Counted from the stretch's first letter, positions 1 to 10,232 are shown. The stretch: 64,000 nt of DNA from an archaeon BMS3Bbin15 (GCA_002897955.1 BDTY01000050.1:2641-66640), one strand, 5' to 3'. The notes: a model not told the origin generated them from the sequence alone. A program made the numbers and translations.

Positions 1-384
1 ATGGTTGTTCCTCATGCTATTTTTACTGGTCCTCAGCTTGCGGGAGTTGGATTAACAGATGAACAGGCAATTGAAAAAGGAATAAAATGTAAATGCAATA
101 CAGTTTCTATGGAATTAGTCCCGAAAGCCCTGGCAATTAAGAATACAAAAGGTGCTGTAAAAATGGTTGTTAATGCCGAAACTGATGAAATCACAGGTAT
201 CCACATTTTAGCACCCGAAGCAGCTGACTTAGTACATGAAGGAGTCATGATTGTCAAAAACAGAATGAAAATTGATGATGTAATAAATACATTACATATT
301 TTTCCTACACTATCTGAAGCAATAAAAATCGCTGCTCAATCATTAAGAAGAGATATAACTAAGATGAGTTGCTGTGTAGAGTGA
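1..384 (+). CDS. merA: mercuric reductase MerA, C-terminal 127 aa (5' end lies outside window)
   Basis: C-terminal interface domain of a pyridine nucleotide-disulfide oxidoreductase (FTGPQLAGVGLTDEQA). It ends in the vicinal Cys pair ...KMSCCVE that is diagnostic of MerA. Confidence 0.6.
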   Translation: MVVPHAIFTGPQLAGVGLTDEQAIEKGIKCKCNTVSMELVPKALAIKNTKGAVKMVVNAETDEITGIHILAPEAADLVHEGVMIVKNRMKIDDVINTLHIFPTLSEAIKIAAQSLRRDITKMSCCVE

Positions 385-520
385 AAAATAAGATTAAGGG
401 AGAACATTACAATTTAAGGAGAAAATGATAAAAAAAGTATAGAGCAATGCTTATATGTCTGAATTGCAGACTATAGCTAGCTTTTTGGAATTTTTGGACT
501 GCCTTTCCGCCTGAAATGCT

Positions 521-832
521 TCAGGGCTTATAGTGCCTCTCCAGCTGATTGTACCGCTTGATTATAATGGTTTTGAAATCTTCCTTAGATTTCATTATCT
601 TTCTGGCAGTTGTCTTATCACCCAGATATAAAACCCAGCTGGCAATCCACTCCGCCTCCTGTGTTGTGAAGTTATTGATATTATCTCTGAGCTCTCTGAA
701 GTTTTTTATCACCTGCTCATCCTTATAGTAGGGATTTTTCCCATCAGCTTCAAAAAGCTTCCTTGCTATTTTAGGTAAGGTTATCCTCTTTCCAATACCT
801 TTCGACCTGCCCCTTTTCTTTCTAAAAGCCAA
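521..832 (-). CDS. hypothetical small basic protein (K/R-rich N-terminus)
   Basis: 103 aa ORF with no recognisable motif. It sits between merA and the glycosyltransferase gene. Confidence 0.3.
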   Translation of the reverse strand: MAFRKKRGRSKGIGKRITLPKIARKLFEADGKNPYYKDEQVIKNFRELRDNINNFTTQEAEWIASWVLYLGDKTTARKIMKSKEDFKTIIIKRYNQLERHYKP

Positions 833-867
833 AATGTCACCTCCTATTTCTTGAGTTATCTTCCTTT

Positions 868-2043
868 TTATTGCTTATAAAATTTGATGTATCTGGATGC
901 TATAGTGTTCCAGTTGAAGAATTTTCTGGCTGCCTCCTGCCCCTGTTCACCCAGGCTTTTTACGCCCAGTGGGTCATTTATTATATAATTTATTCCCCAG
1001 GCAATCGACTCGGGGGTTGGGAATACCTTGATGCCATTTACAAAGTTGTTGATATTTTCTCCCAGCCCACCTACATCTGTGGCTACCACAGCCTTCCCGG
1101 CAGACCAGGCTTCAAGAAGCACAAGGCCAAAAGGCTCATTTCTGCTGGGAATGCATACAATATCACTGGCATTTAGAAGCTCAAGATATTCCTCATCTGG
1201 AATATATCCTAAAAACTGAACTGCATGGGAGACACCATTTTTTCTGGCAAGGTATTCAAGATGACCTCTCATGCCGCCGCCGCCTGCAATAACAAATCTT
1301 GCGTCCCAGCGGTGTCTGAGCACATGTGGTATGGCATTCACCAGAAGGTCTGGCCCCTTCTGGGTTACCAGCCGTCCTATAAAAAAGATTAGGGGTGCAA
1401 GGGGATGAATTCCATACTTTTGCTTAACCCTGCCGGGGTCAACCTCCCTTTTAAACTTCTCTGATTTTATTCCGTTGGGAATAACATCCACTTTCCAGTC
1501 AGGAATATTGTATAACCCGCCCAGTTCATTCTTCATTGTATTGGAAACAGTGGTTATTCTATCAGCGACGTAGCCACCGTACCATTCCCTGCCGGAAATT
1601 TCCCTGAATTCATACCATTCCCCGAAGGCATTCCCGTTCCTTCCCCATTCAGTAGAGTGGTAGGTTAGAATAAATTGATATCCCTTTTGAAGTTTCAGGT
1701 GGTTCAGGGCATTTATCACATGCCAGTCATGGCCATGCAGCACATCAAATTTTCCTTCCTTCTCAACTTCGTAGAACCTCTTTACCATGGAATCTGCCAT
1801 CTTATCGCAGAATTCCAGAATATTGCCGGCAGGGTCAAAGGCGCATCTTTGATATACAACACCTTCAATTTCTTCTCTGACTGGCTGGTTGTCTCCTATC
1901 CTTGTAAACAGATGTACCTCGTGTCCTTTATCTGCCAGGGCTTCGGACAGATATGTTACTGCGGGTGCCATCCCACCGACTCTGATGGAGTAGAGGGACT
2001 CCCAGGAAAACATAGCAATTTTGAGTGTCTCCATAGATACCAC
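868..2043 (-). CDS. GT-B fold glycosyltransferase (family 1 / GT4-GT5, glycogen-synthase-like)
   Basis: 391 aa. It has a C-terminal EPFGLVLLEAWSAGKAVVATDVGGL motif (E-X7-E type GT-B signature) and an N-terminal KIAMFSWES..GG pattern. Confidence 0.6.
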   Translation of the reverse strand: MVSMETLKIAMFSWESLYSIRVGGMAPAVTYLSEALADKGHEVHLFTRIGDNQPVREEIEGVVYQRCAFDPAGNILEFCDKMADSMVKRFYEVEKEGKFDVLHGHDWHVINALNHLKLQKGYQFILTYHSTEWGRNGNAFGEWYEFREISGREWYGGYVADRITTVSNTMKNELGGLYNIPDWKVDVIPNGIKSEKFKREVDPGRVKQKYGIHPLAPLIFFIGRLVTQKGPDLLVNAIPHVLRHRWDARFVIAGGGGMRGHLEYLARKNGVSHAVQFLGYIPDEEYLELLNASDIVCIPSRNEPFGLVLLEAWSAGKAVVATDVGGLGENINNFVNGIKVFPTPESIAWGINYIINDPLGVKSLGEQGQEAARKFFNWNTIASRYIKFYKQ

Positions 2044-2105
2044 AATTATCTATTCACTGTCTATTATAAATAACTTTCAATAATCAGAGTAGGGGTATGT
2101 AATTT

Positions 2106-3470
2106 TCAGAAAAGGAATTTTCTGGCCCTCACAAATCTCCATATCTGTCCGAGTTCACTTATATCATGTGTTTTAATGATATACTTGAATTCATTTAATA
2201 TCCTTCCTGGTCTCAGGTAAAACTGGGTGTATGCCTTTACAAGTAGGTCTTCGAGTTCCTCCGGTTTTAAATACTCTGTATTCATCACTCCGTGTGTGCC
2301 GTCCAGAAATTCCAGGTTTTTCCTTATTATTCTGTTATGCACCTTCTCCCAGAGTTCTGTTCCCGGTAAAGGCGTAAGAATGGAGAACTGGGCAACATCA
2401 GGGTTCAGAGTTTTCGCAAATTTTATTGTATTCTCTATCATATTTCTGGTTTCTTTAAACTCTCCAATGATGAAGCTTCCTATAATGCCCATTTCGCTGT
2501 CCTTCAGGATTTTAAAGGCCTTCTTTATCATCTCCACATTTGTTTTCTTGTTATAGCTTTCCAGCACCTCCTCATTGACGCTTTCAATGCCCATGTAAAC
2601 TGCTGTGCAGCCTGCCTCTGCCATATCCTCTACCATCCAGGGGTTTTTTATAATTGTATCAACTCTGGACATGCAGCCCCATTTTATATCCACACCCCGC
2701 TCTTTTATCTCGTTGCATATCCCCTCAACGCGTTTCGGGTCAAGGGAAAAATTGTCATCCACAAAGGAGAGTGCCTTGTATCCATACCTGAACCTGATTT
2801 CCTCTATTTCTTCCGCCACATTACCGGGACTTCTTGCCCTCCACTGCAGTCCATTCAATCTGGAAGCTGAGCAGAAGCTGCAGCCGAAGGGGCAACCCCT
2901 GCTGGAGACAGCTGAGGCCACAACTTCACCATCCATCTTCATATATCCCTTTGCTTTAAGATTGAAAAGGTGCCTTGCAGGGAATGGCAGGGTATCAAGG
3001 TCTTTGATGAAGGGTCTGTCTTGATTGCGTTTAACCTCTCCATTGGCACTGTAAGTAAGCCCCTTTATTCCTCTGAAATCCTGACCTTTTTCCAGTGTAT
3101 CTATAAGCTCAGAGAAAGTATATTCACCCTCTCCTCTGACTGCAAAGTCAAAAACATCAAAGGCATTATCATCTACAAAAGATGCATGGGGTCCGCCTAT
3201 AATCAGAGGTATGTCCGGTTCGTTATCTCTGATTCTTTTGGCGACCTTCAGGGCTTCCGGATATGTGGGTGTGAGGCTTGTTATTCCCACCGCATCATAG
3301 CTGGAAAGCCCATTATCATTCCATTTTTCCACAGATAGGTCAAGGATTTTGACATTGTGACCCCTTTTCTCCAGCACAGCGGCTATGTAACCAAGACCTA
3401 TCGGTGGCAGGTTAAGGTTGAATTCTTTGAAGCCCTTGAGAAAAGGTGGGTTAATTAGAAGCACTTTCAT
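2106..3470 (-). CDS. B12-binding domain radical SAM protein
   Basis: The N-terminus (MKVLLINPPF...IGLGYIAAVLEKRGHNVKILD) is a cobalamin-binding Rossmann-like fold. CPFGCSFC is the CxxxCxxC radical SAM motif. The likely start is the internal Met, because the ORF track begins 16 codons upstream. Confidence 0.65.
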   Translation of the reverse strand: MKVLLINPPFLKGFKEFNLNLPPIGLGYIAAVLEKRGHNVKILDLSVEKWNDNGLSSYDAVGITSLTPTYPEALKVAKRIRDNEPDIPLIIGGPHASFVDDNAFDVFDFAVRGEGEYTFSELIDTLEKGQDFRGIKGLTYSANGEVKRNQDRPFIKDLDTLPFPARHLFNLKAKGYMKMDGEVVASAVSSRGCPFGCSFCSASRLNGLQWRARSPGNVAEEIEEIRFRYGYKALSFVDDNFSLDPKRVEGICNEIKERGVDIKWGCMSRVDTIIKNPWMVEDMAEAGCTAVYMGIESVNEEVLESYNKKTNVEMIKKAFKILKDSEMGIIGSFIIGEFKETRNMIENTIKFAKTLNPDVAQFSILTPLPGTELWEKVHNRIIRKNLEFLDGTHGVMNTEYLKPEELEDLLVKAYTQFYLRPGRILNEFKYIIKTHDISELGQIWRFVRARKFLF

Positions 3471-3539
3471 ACCAGAACCCCCTCTCGTACACCAGCAGTG
3501 TAAGCTGGAAAATACCATTCTGCAACTCTATTAAATAGT

Positions 3540-5570
3540 ATAACAATCTCATGCATACTTTCCCCTCCTTTCAGGACTGCCACGAATCTGCTTTTATTTC
3601 TCTTTTGTTTTTGCTGTGTTTATCCCCTGATATTGATTTATCGAGCTCCTGCCCGTAAATCAGCAGCATATATCCCCCTTCCCTTCCTATTCCTTCCTTT
3701 ACTTTTTCCCCCATAAAAATACCTCCATATTGTACATATATATCCTTTTTGTAACAATTGAAATGTTGGAACCCATATTTCCCACCCCTATAATACCGAA
3801 CTCTGCGATTTATCTGTCATCTTCCACTGGCCGCAATAGATATCTGCAGTAAAGCCAGACATTTCTACCACCCGCCGTTGGTTGTTTGTTAGTGGTTTTG
3901 ACAGCCAGATTGTCATCTGCCCTTTGTGAATCATATATAGGACAAGGATACCAGAAAGGACGGTTTGAAGAGCATAAGAGGTTGGTTTCTTGGTTTTTTG
4001 CCGGTTGAGCCCTCTGATAGGTTTTTCATCCTTTACTGCCAATGCCATCCTTACCCGCCTTTCCCACAGAGTGTAGATTACAGCGGCCATCATCAAGACA
4101 TATCCAAGGGACGCAAGACGTTCCTGTTTCTTTAGACAGAAAGCACCTATCCATGCAGGGTTCTTTATGAATTTGAATATCCGCTCGACATTTCCCTGAC
4201 CTTTGTATTTCTCCAGAACCAATCTTGCAGGGTACTTTTTCGCATCCATCAAAGTTGTTATCAGCACGAACATCCCGCACCGCTCTAAAGCGTTATTGAC
4301 TGCGTCCTCTCTCACTAACAACCTACCGCTCAGATAATACCCTGTCTGGAATTGACGTACATCGCCCTTCTTCGGCCTTCCTCGTTTTGTCCGCTTGAGA
4401 GCCTCCGTTCTCTCTTCTATATTCCATTCAATATCGTGGTAGCCCATCTGAAAATCGGAATTATGTCTGTTGATTTCAATATATGCGTCTTCCATGCAGG
4501 CAAATCGCCTTTTCAACAGTTTCTGGATGCGTTTGCTGTTCATATCGAATTCTTTTTTGACAGACCGCTCTACGGCCTTTGTTTTTCGCTTGTCCTTGTG
4601 GTCGGAGTGGACAACCACGAACCGATACGTTTGGCCGTCTATCTCGCCGCTGGTATCCCAGACCTTGTAGGATGCGGCATCTTTCTCCTGCGAGAGCTTG
4701 CCGACAGGAGTCCATTCGTCGGTGTTGAACGCCTTCTTCTTCAGCTCATCTTCGATTCCGAATCTTCCTGGCAATCGCGAAATGATATCTATATTTGCCT
4801 CCTTGCGTATTCTGAGGTTGTTTGTTGTCACCGCTGAACTGTCGGCGATGTAAAGTAGGAATTCATCATCTTCCTCTTTTTGCATTATGTTCCTGAGGTT
4901 CTTGACCCAGCGTCCGTTGAGGGTCATGTCCGACTCGTTACCATTGGCCACTTCACCAATGATTGGAACCCCGTCTGCGGTCGTGCCCACCCCGAAGATC
5001 AATTGTTTCAGGTCTGGCCGATGGTCCTTGGAGTAACCAAGGTTGACCTGCGGAACTGTTTCGTCCTCAAAATCATCCTTGTAGGCACCATGGAACGACT
5101 TCGAGGTGGTGTCTACATGGACGGCATCGGTTGAAAGCCCATGGACCGCTATCGCGGAATTGACGACCGCCCCGAACACTTGTTGAGGGTTTGCCTCCCA
5201 TAAAGCGTCCAGCACCCTTCCAGCACGGTCATCGTTGATATCTACAACGCTAAGATCAGGTTTCCAGGGAATAAGGAGGGGGAGGGCCTTGTCTTTGAAG
5301 AACTCGTCCATTTTGTACATCTTGATGTTGACATCACCCAATATGTGATGTATGAAAAGCCCCACATAAGTCCCTGCATCGACGTTTACCTGTGTGTCGT
5401 AGGGCTGGACGATGCTGTTAATAGTCCCTGCCAGACCAATCTCTTCCATAAGTTGGCCCAATATAGGGTAATAATCCGCCCTGAGGGCATGGATGTTGCC
5501 ATATTTTTCAAACATAGTTGAATAATGCAGCCGGAATATTTAAACCTTATGACCGTTATTAGGACATAAT
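3540..5570. mobile_element. insertion sequence (IS1634-like), ends approximate
   Basis: A single transposase ORF flanked by non-coding sequence. I could not identify terminal inverted repeats by eye, so the boundaries are uncertain. Confidence 0.35.
3788..5515 (-). CDS. DDE transposase, IS4/IS1634-like family
   Basis: 575 aa. It carries the GYSKDHRPDLKQ signature that I associate with IS1634-group transposases. The size fits that family. Confidence 0.6.
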   Translation of the reverse strand: MFEKYGNIHALRADYYPILGQLMEEIGLAGTINSIVQPYDTQVNVDAGTYVGLFIHHILGDVNIKMYKMDEFFKDKALPLLIPWKPDLSVVDINDDRAGRVLDALWEANPQQVFGAVVNSAIAVHGLSTDAVHVDTTSKSFHGAYKDDFEDETVPQVNLGYSKDHRPDLKQLIFGVGTTADGVPIIGEVANGNESDMTLNGRWVKNLRNIMQKEEDDEFLLYIADSSAVTTNNLRIRKEANIDIISRLPGRFGIEDELKKKAFNTDEWTPVGKLSQEKDAASYKVWDTSGEIDGQTYRFVVVHSDHKDKRKTKAVERSVKKEFDMNSKRIQKLLKRRFACMEDAYIEINRHNSDFQMGYHDIEWNIEERTEALKRTKRGRPKKGDVRQFQTGYYLSGRLLVREDAVNNALERCGMFVLITTLMDAKKYPARLVLEKYKGQGNVERIFKFIKNPAWIGAFCLKKQERLASLGYVLMMAAVIYTLWERRVRMALAVKDEKPIRGLNRQKTKKPTSYALQTVLSGILVLYMIHKGQMTIWLSKPLTNNQRRVVEMSGFTADIYCGQWKMTDKSQSSVL

Positions 5571-5867
5571 ATGTTCGGAACGCTTATCGCATTCAGATTG
5601 AGACCACCCCAAGACCCAAACGAAGCCAGCAAGCTGGTCAAGAAATTATATGGACAGAAAACAAGCAGCCACAAAGGCCGATATCATTATCGAAGAAAGG
5701 GCATTCTTGACGAGATACCGGCACATAGGTTGATCCGGGGAGTTATTGTGGTTAGAAAGAAGGATGAAGAAAGGATACTCTCATTTCTGAGGGAATATGA
5801 CACTGAGATATTCGTCAGAAAGGTAAAGTTGACCGATGATGATTTGACGGTAATGGAAATCAAATAA
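5571..5867 (+). CDS. hypothetical protein
   Basis: 98 aa ORF immediately beside the IS. No motif recognised. Confidence 0.25.
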   Translation: MFGTLIAFRLRPPQDPNEASKLVKKLYGQKTSSHKGRYHYRRKGILDEIPAHRLIRGVIVVRKKDEERILSFLREYDTEIFVRKVKLTDDDLTVMEIK

Positions 5868-6155
5868 CAAAAAGGGAAGGTGAAAAAATATAGAAGTTTG
5901 TTCAAGAAGGGTGCGAAATGTAGGTTATAACGTGTAAGAAGCCCATTTCTGATGTCTTCGGGATTCTTGAAATCAATAAACCATGCTGAGTGGATAATGT
6001 GATTTCTGTGTTCCCCCAGCTGAACGATGCGTTTAAATACGTTGTCCAGCACTTTGGTTTCTACCGCGTATAACTCCTGTGTCTCTGCAAGCAAAGTAAC
6101 AAAGAACGGCGCTTTTTGACGTCAGCTGAATTTGAATTGTTAGAAGTTTTTCTCT

Positions 6156-6896
6156 TTATTTCTTTCTTTTATCTTTTAAATAAATTACCTTTGATTGTCC
6201 ATCGCCAACAGCTCTTTCTTCGATTTGGAATAACTTTGTTGCTGATGCAAGTTCCCCCAACTTTTTGTAACCATAGTTTCGTGGGTCAAACTCTGGTGCC
6301 TGCTTGGCAATGTTACTACCCACGGATGCAAGATAAGCCCAACCAGAATCGTCTGAAGATGCCTCAACAGCGTTTCTTAATAAATTAACGAGTTTCATGT
6401 CTTTATTAAGTTCACTGGTTGTCTTGCGTCTTATTTCCTCACTATAATCATCTTCGGAGCGCAGCACTTCAGTAAAAATAAACTTATCACACGCAGAAAC
6501 GAATGCTTTAGGGGTTTTTCTCTCCCCGAATCCATATACAAAAAGACCGGCTTCCCTTATCCTTGACGCTAACTTAGTGAAATCACTATCGCTGGATACA
6601 ATGCAAAAACCCTCAAATTTGCCAGTATAAAGTAAATCCATTGCGTCAATTATCAATGCACTGTCGGTTGCATTTTTCCCTGAAGTATATCCAAATTGCT
6701 GTATGGGCTGTATTGAATACTGTAAAAGAACTTCCTTCCATCCTTTAAGGCCTGACAGCGTCCAGTCACCATAAATCCTTTTTACATTAGCTGTCCCATA
6801 CTTTGCGATTTCCGATAGTAGCCCGTCAACAATAGAAGGTTGGGCATTGTCTGCATCTATTAATACAGCCAATTTTTCAATTTTTCCGTCTGACAT
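6156..6896 (-). CDS. NYN (PIN-like RNase) domain protein with C-terminal OST-HTH/LOTUS domain
   Basis: The N-terminus (LAVLIDADNA ... SGKNATDSALIIDAMDLL ... IVSSDSDF) matches the NYN/LabA fold. The C-terminus (LVNLLRNAVEAS..GWAYLASVGSNIAK) matches OST-HTH. Confidence 0.6.
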   Translation of the reverse strand: MSDGKIEKLAVLIDADNAQPSIVDGLLSEIAKYGTANVKRIYGDWTLSGLKGWKEVLLQYSIQPIQQFGYTSGKNATDSALIIDAMDLLYTGKFEGFCIVSSDSDFTKLASRIREAGLFVYGFGERKTPKAFVSACDKFIFTEVLRSEDDYSEEIRRKTTSELNKDMKLVNLLRNAVEASSDDSGWAYLASVGSNIAKQAPEFDPRNYGYKKLGELASATKLFQIEERAVGDGQSKVIYLKDKRKK

Positions 6897-7434
6897 ATTT
6901 TCCCTTTTATGATTTTAACGACCAAGCTCACCAGCCACTGTAAAGTGCCGGCAAATAGCGGTCCAGTTTAGCGCCTTGCTAGCGCTTTATATACATATAT
7001 GTTCCTTTATATCCATTGTAATGATATCTGAATCAGTCAATGAAACTGATGATTATAAATGTCTGTTTAACAAGCCCAAAAAACACATTTTTTGATTGTA
7101 AACCATCTAATTATTCACAATTGCCCTTTTTTAAATATCGACTACACCCTCATTTGACCTAACTAAAAAACTAAAATTGTTTTCATAAGATGATTTCGAT
7201 TATCTACGCAAAACAGACATTTAAAACGTAAAAGGACAATAGTTATATTGCGTATAACCATAATTAAGCAGGATTACATTATTTCTATGAATTTCAAATA
7301 TTTTCCAAAGACAAACAACACATATCTGATAAAATTCTTGTATTCTTCACATTCAATAATTGTTTTGGGGCCATTCACTTTCTTAACATGACCTTTCATT
7401 TTTCCTTCTTATTCTTTCAATCTCCTATCCATTT

Positions 7435-9276
7435 TTAATCACTAAAGATTCTTGAGCCTAATTTCCTGAGGTTATCCAAACCTTTTGGTTCGTTGTCAAG
7501 TAAAGGAACCATAAATAATGGTGTTTTGAACCTATTTTCTATTTCTGCCAGATATTTTTCTTGCTGTTTTCTTCTACTATTGAAAAATTTGTTTTTTCCG
7601 TAATTATTCGGTAGCAAGTAATTAACTGCAACTAAACTGGTTTCTATGCCAACCTGTTTTTTCAAGTCTTCTGATGCCCGCCATGCTTCGATTATTGGAG
7701 TATATTCGGGATATACCACAAAAACAAAAGTACTTTTTTCCTTGTTTCGCATAGCTTCTATAACATTGGCATACTTGTTTTTGGTTTCGTCAGACGTTTT
7801 CTTTGTTAATGTTCCTAAATCAATGAATCCCTTCCAGTCTGAAGGAAGCTCCAGCAATCTAAGCGTGTGCCCTGTCGGTGCTGTGTCAAAAATTATTACA
7901 TCATAGCCATCTAATTCAAAGTAGCTCATGAACTTCTCAAATGCTGCCATTTCTTCAGAGCACGGGGAGTTTAAATCTTCCTCTACTGATTTCTTTGTTT
8001 TTTCACCTTTGTCTTTAACCACTTCCAATATTCTTTTTTTATACTCTTCCAATGCTTTCCTTTGGTCTATTCTTGCAGCAAACAGATTATCCAAACCTTC
8101 AATTTTGGTGGGTTCATGCCCTATATTATCTCCGAAAATGTCGTGCAAATGAGATGCAGGGTCTGTTGTGACTATTAATGTTTTAAACCCTTTCTCTGCC
8201 AAAAACACAGATGCCGTGCAGGCAATTGTGCTTTTGCCGACACCACCCTTGCCTATAAAGAAAACATATCTTATTCCATTTAGAGGTGTAAGCATGTTAT
8301 AAACATTTTTAGCTTTTAGATTGTCTTTAAAATAGGATTTTGTTATTGTTTGTTCTTCAGATAAACCAATTTCAATAGTTTGCTTTTTATTCTCATATAA
8401 GGAATCTCCTATTTGTTTCAATAGGTTTAATCCAGAAACTTCAGATTCTAAAAGAGAGAAAAACATCATTTGAATGCCCTTGAATTCATTATTAATTCTT
8501 TTTATTGCTTTTTGTTGTTCTTCTCTTTTCTTTTTGAAAAATTCGTCAGTACATACTTCTTCTGGCAATATTCCATTTACTATCAGAATATTTGTTTTTA
8601 TTCCCAATTTGACAAGTTCTTTTGAACTTCTATTAGTTTCTAAAATAGATAAGTTTTCAGGCCTCATGACAAAGACGAAAGATGTCTTATCATTGTTTTG
8701 TAGGTATAAAATTGCCTTTTCATATTTTGATTTTGCACTCTGCAAAGAAGCGCTGGGACCAATGCACGTAGAACCGCCTTTTTCTAACTCTGCACTCCAA
8801 CCGGCTGGAAGTTCCAAAAGCCTGATAGTATGGCCTGTTGGAGCTGTATCAAATATAACAACATCATATTGCGGGTCATCCATAAATCCTATGAATTTAT
8901 CAAATGCTGCAACCTCTTCAATACAAGGACTATTTAATTGCTCTTTAATCACTTGTAGATTCCTTTCATCGAGAATCTCTTTCATTGGAGCAATAATTCT
9001 TTCTCTGTATTCTTCAGAAGCGACATCAGGACTTATTTCAATTGCAGACAAATTTTTAATTCCATTTATTTGGGTGATTTTATGGCCAATTTCTTGAGCA
9101 AACATGTCTGAAAGATTAGGAGCAGGGTCTGTTGTAACAATCAATGTTTTGTAACCTTTTTTCGCAAGCCACACAGCAGTAGCACAGCTCATTGTACTTT
9201 TACCAACTCCCCCCTTACCAGAGAAAAATATGAACTTTGTTTCACCTTTTGGGGGCATTATGCTCTCTTCAATCAT
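7435..9276 (-). CDS. arsA: arsenical pump-driving ATPase ArsA (two fused ATPase halves)
   Basis: 613 aa. It has two Walker A boxes (GKGGVGKST twice) and two DTAPTGHT metalloid-site motifs. Confidence 0.85.
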   Translation of the reverse strand: MIEESIMPPKGETKFIFFSGKGGVGKSTMSCATAVWLAKKGYKTLIVTTDPAPNLSDMFAQEIGHKITQINGIKNLSAIEISPDVASEEYRERIIAPMKEILDERNLQVIKEQLNSPCIEEVAAFDKFIGFMDDPQYDVVIFDTAPTGHTIRLLELPAGWSAELEKGGSTCIGPSASLQSAKSKYEKAILYLQNNDKTSFVFVMRPENLSILETNRSSKELVKLGIKTNILIVNGILPEEVCTDEFFKKKREEQQKAIKRINNEFKGIQMMFFSLLESEVSGLNLLKQIGDSLYENKKQTIEIGLSEEQTITKSYFKDNLKAKNVYNMLTPLNGIRYVFFIGKGGVGKSTIACTASVFLAEKGFKTLIVTTDPASHLHDIFGDNIGHEPTKIEGLDNLFAARIDQRKALEEYKKRILEVVKDKGEKTKKSVEEDLNSPCSEEMAAFEKFMSYFELDGYDVIIFDTAPTGHTLRLLELPSDWKGFIDLGTLTKKTSDETKNKYANVIEAMRNKEKSTFVFVVYPEYTPIIEAWRASEDLKKQVGIETSLVAVNYLLPNNYGKNKFFNSRRKQQEKYLAEIENRFKTPLFMVPLLDNEPKGLDNLRKLGSRIFSD

Positions 9277-9602
9277 TTTTCTCTACCGTTTAAAATTGTT
9301 TTTAGTTCATCGTAATTCAGATATTTTTGTTTGGAAGCTATCTTTCCATTGAGGGTTATTATTGGAAGTATGTCTGGACCATTTTCTTTAACTAATTGAG
9401 AAATCTCCATGTTTTCAAGAAACATATTTATGTTGAAGGATATGCTTGCCCTTATTATTTCTATGTCCTTGAATTCCATTCGCAGTTTCTTCAATGACTC
9501 ATTAAATTCTATCAGCTCTTTATCCGGCTCTGGACCACAAACTCCTGTTGAACAGCACATTGCTCCTTCATAAATAATTAAAACATTTTTTATCATACTC
9601 AT
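9273..9602 (-). CDS. arsD: arsenic metallochaperone/repressor ArsD
   Basis: The N-terminal MCCSTGVCG motif matches the ArsD Cys12-Cys13-Cys18 site. The gene overlaps arsA by 4 nt. Confidence 0.7.
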   Translation of the reverse strand: MSMIKNVLIIYEGAMCCSTGVCGPEPDKELIEFNESLKKLRMEFKDIEIIRASISFNINMFLENMEISQLVKENGPDILPIITLNGKIASKQKYLNYDELKTILNGREK

Positions 9603-9781
9603 ACCTCAACAATTTGATTTTTTTAATCAATTTAGGATATTAGTATATGCGAATATATAACTATCTTTCGGTTGGTTGTAAAATAAACTACTGCTCCAGC
9701 TTTTTATAGGCACGAAAACTTTGTTGCCTTTGGTGAAAACTTCTCATGAGCCCGATTTTATACGCATCAATAAAAGTTAGT

Positions 9782-9905
9782 TCACAGTACCTTCACCTTC
9801 CAATCAAATATATCATTGGCACAAGTTATTCCTGAAATTGCAACAGCTTCAATTCCACCGCCGGGGAAAGTTGATGCACCTGCCAGATACAAACCCTTTT
9901 GCGGA
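9782..9905 (-). pseudogene. remnant of a phytoene-desaturase/amine-oxidase family FAD oxidoreductase (C-terminal ~35 aa only)
   Basis: The ORF fragment ends ...LYLAGASTFPGGGIEAVAISGITCAND, the conserved C-terminal FAD-binding motif of the CrtI family. The upstream reading frame is unrelated. Confidence 0.3.
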
Positions 9906-10232
9906 TTTGAGGAATTACAAGAAGTAAAGAAATTGCAAAAGGAATAACCACGCCTGACCTGTTTCCCATGCCGCACAGTATCCAGTAAACAATCCATGGA
10001 ATAAAAGAAACAAGAATGTAAAGCATCCCCGGCATTTTTCTTTTATTCTGCATTGTTCCAATGCCCATAATTATGTTCACCCCCTCTTTATTATACCTTT
10101 ATACTTTTTTACCTATTTGTTTATCTGCTTACTTATACTTTATTTTACTCACGTGCATATTCATATTATTGTGATTGTTAATCGAGCTTTCTATGAAAAC
10201 TTTCAAGATGTTAGAATAAAGGATAAGAATAT

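Noticed and set aside
3500-5900. Terminal inverted repeats of the IS element
   Set aside because: I searched the flanks by eye and found only weak GTTCGG/CCGAAC and CCACCCC matches. I did not report IR coordinates.
8474-9097. 207-aa + strand ORF inside arsA (similar antisense ORFs at 7646..7906 and 7928..8152)
   Set aside because: They lie entirely antisense to a well-supported ArsA coding region. The sequence is low-complexity and hydrophobic with no motif. These are typical shadow ORFs.
9826-10080. 84-aa hydrophobic ORF between arsD and tRNA-Gly
   Set aside because: It could be a small membrane protein. However, it overlaps the CrtI-like remnant in another frame and has no support beyond hydrophobicity, so I left it uncalled.
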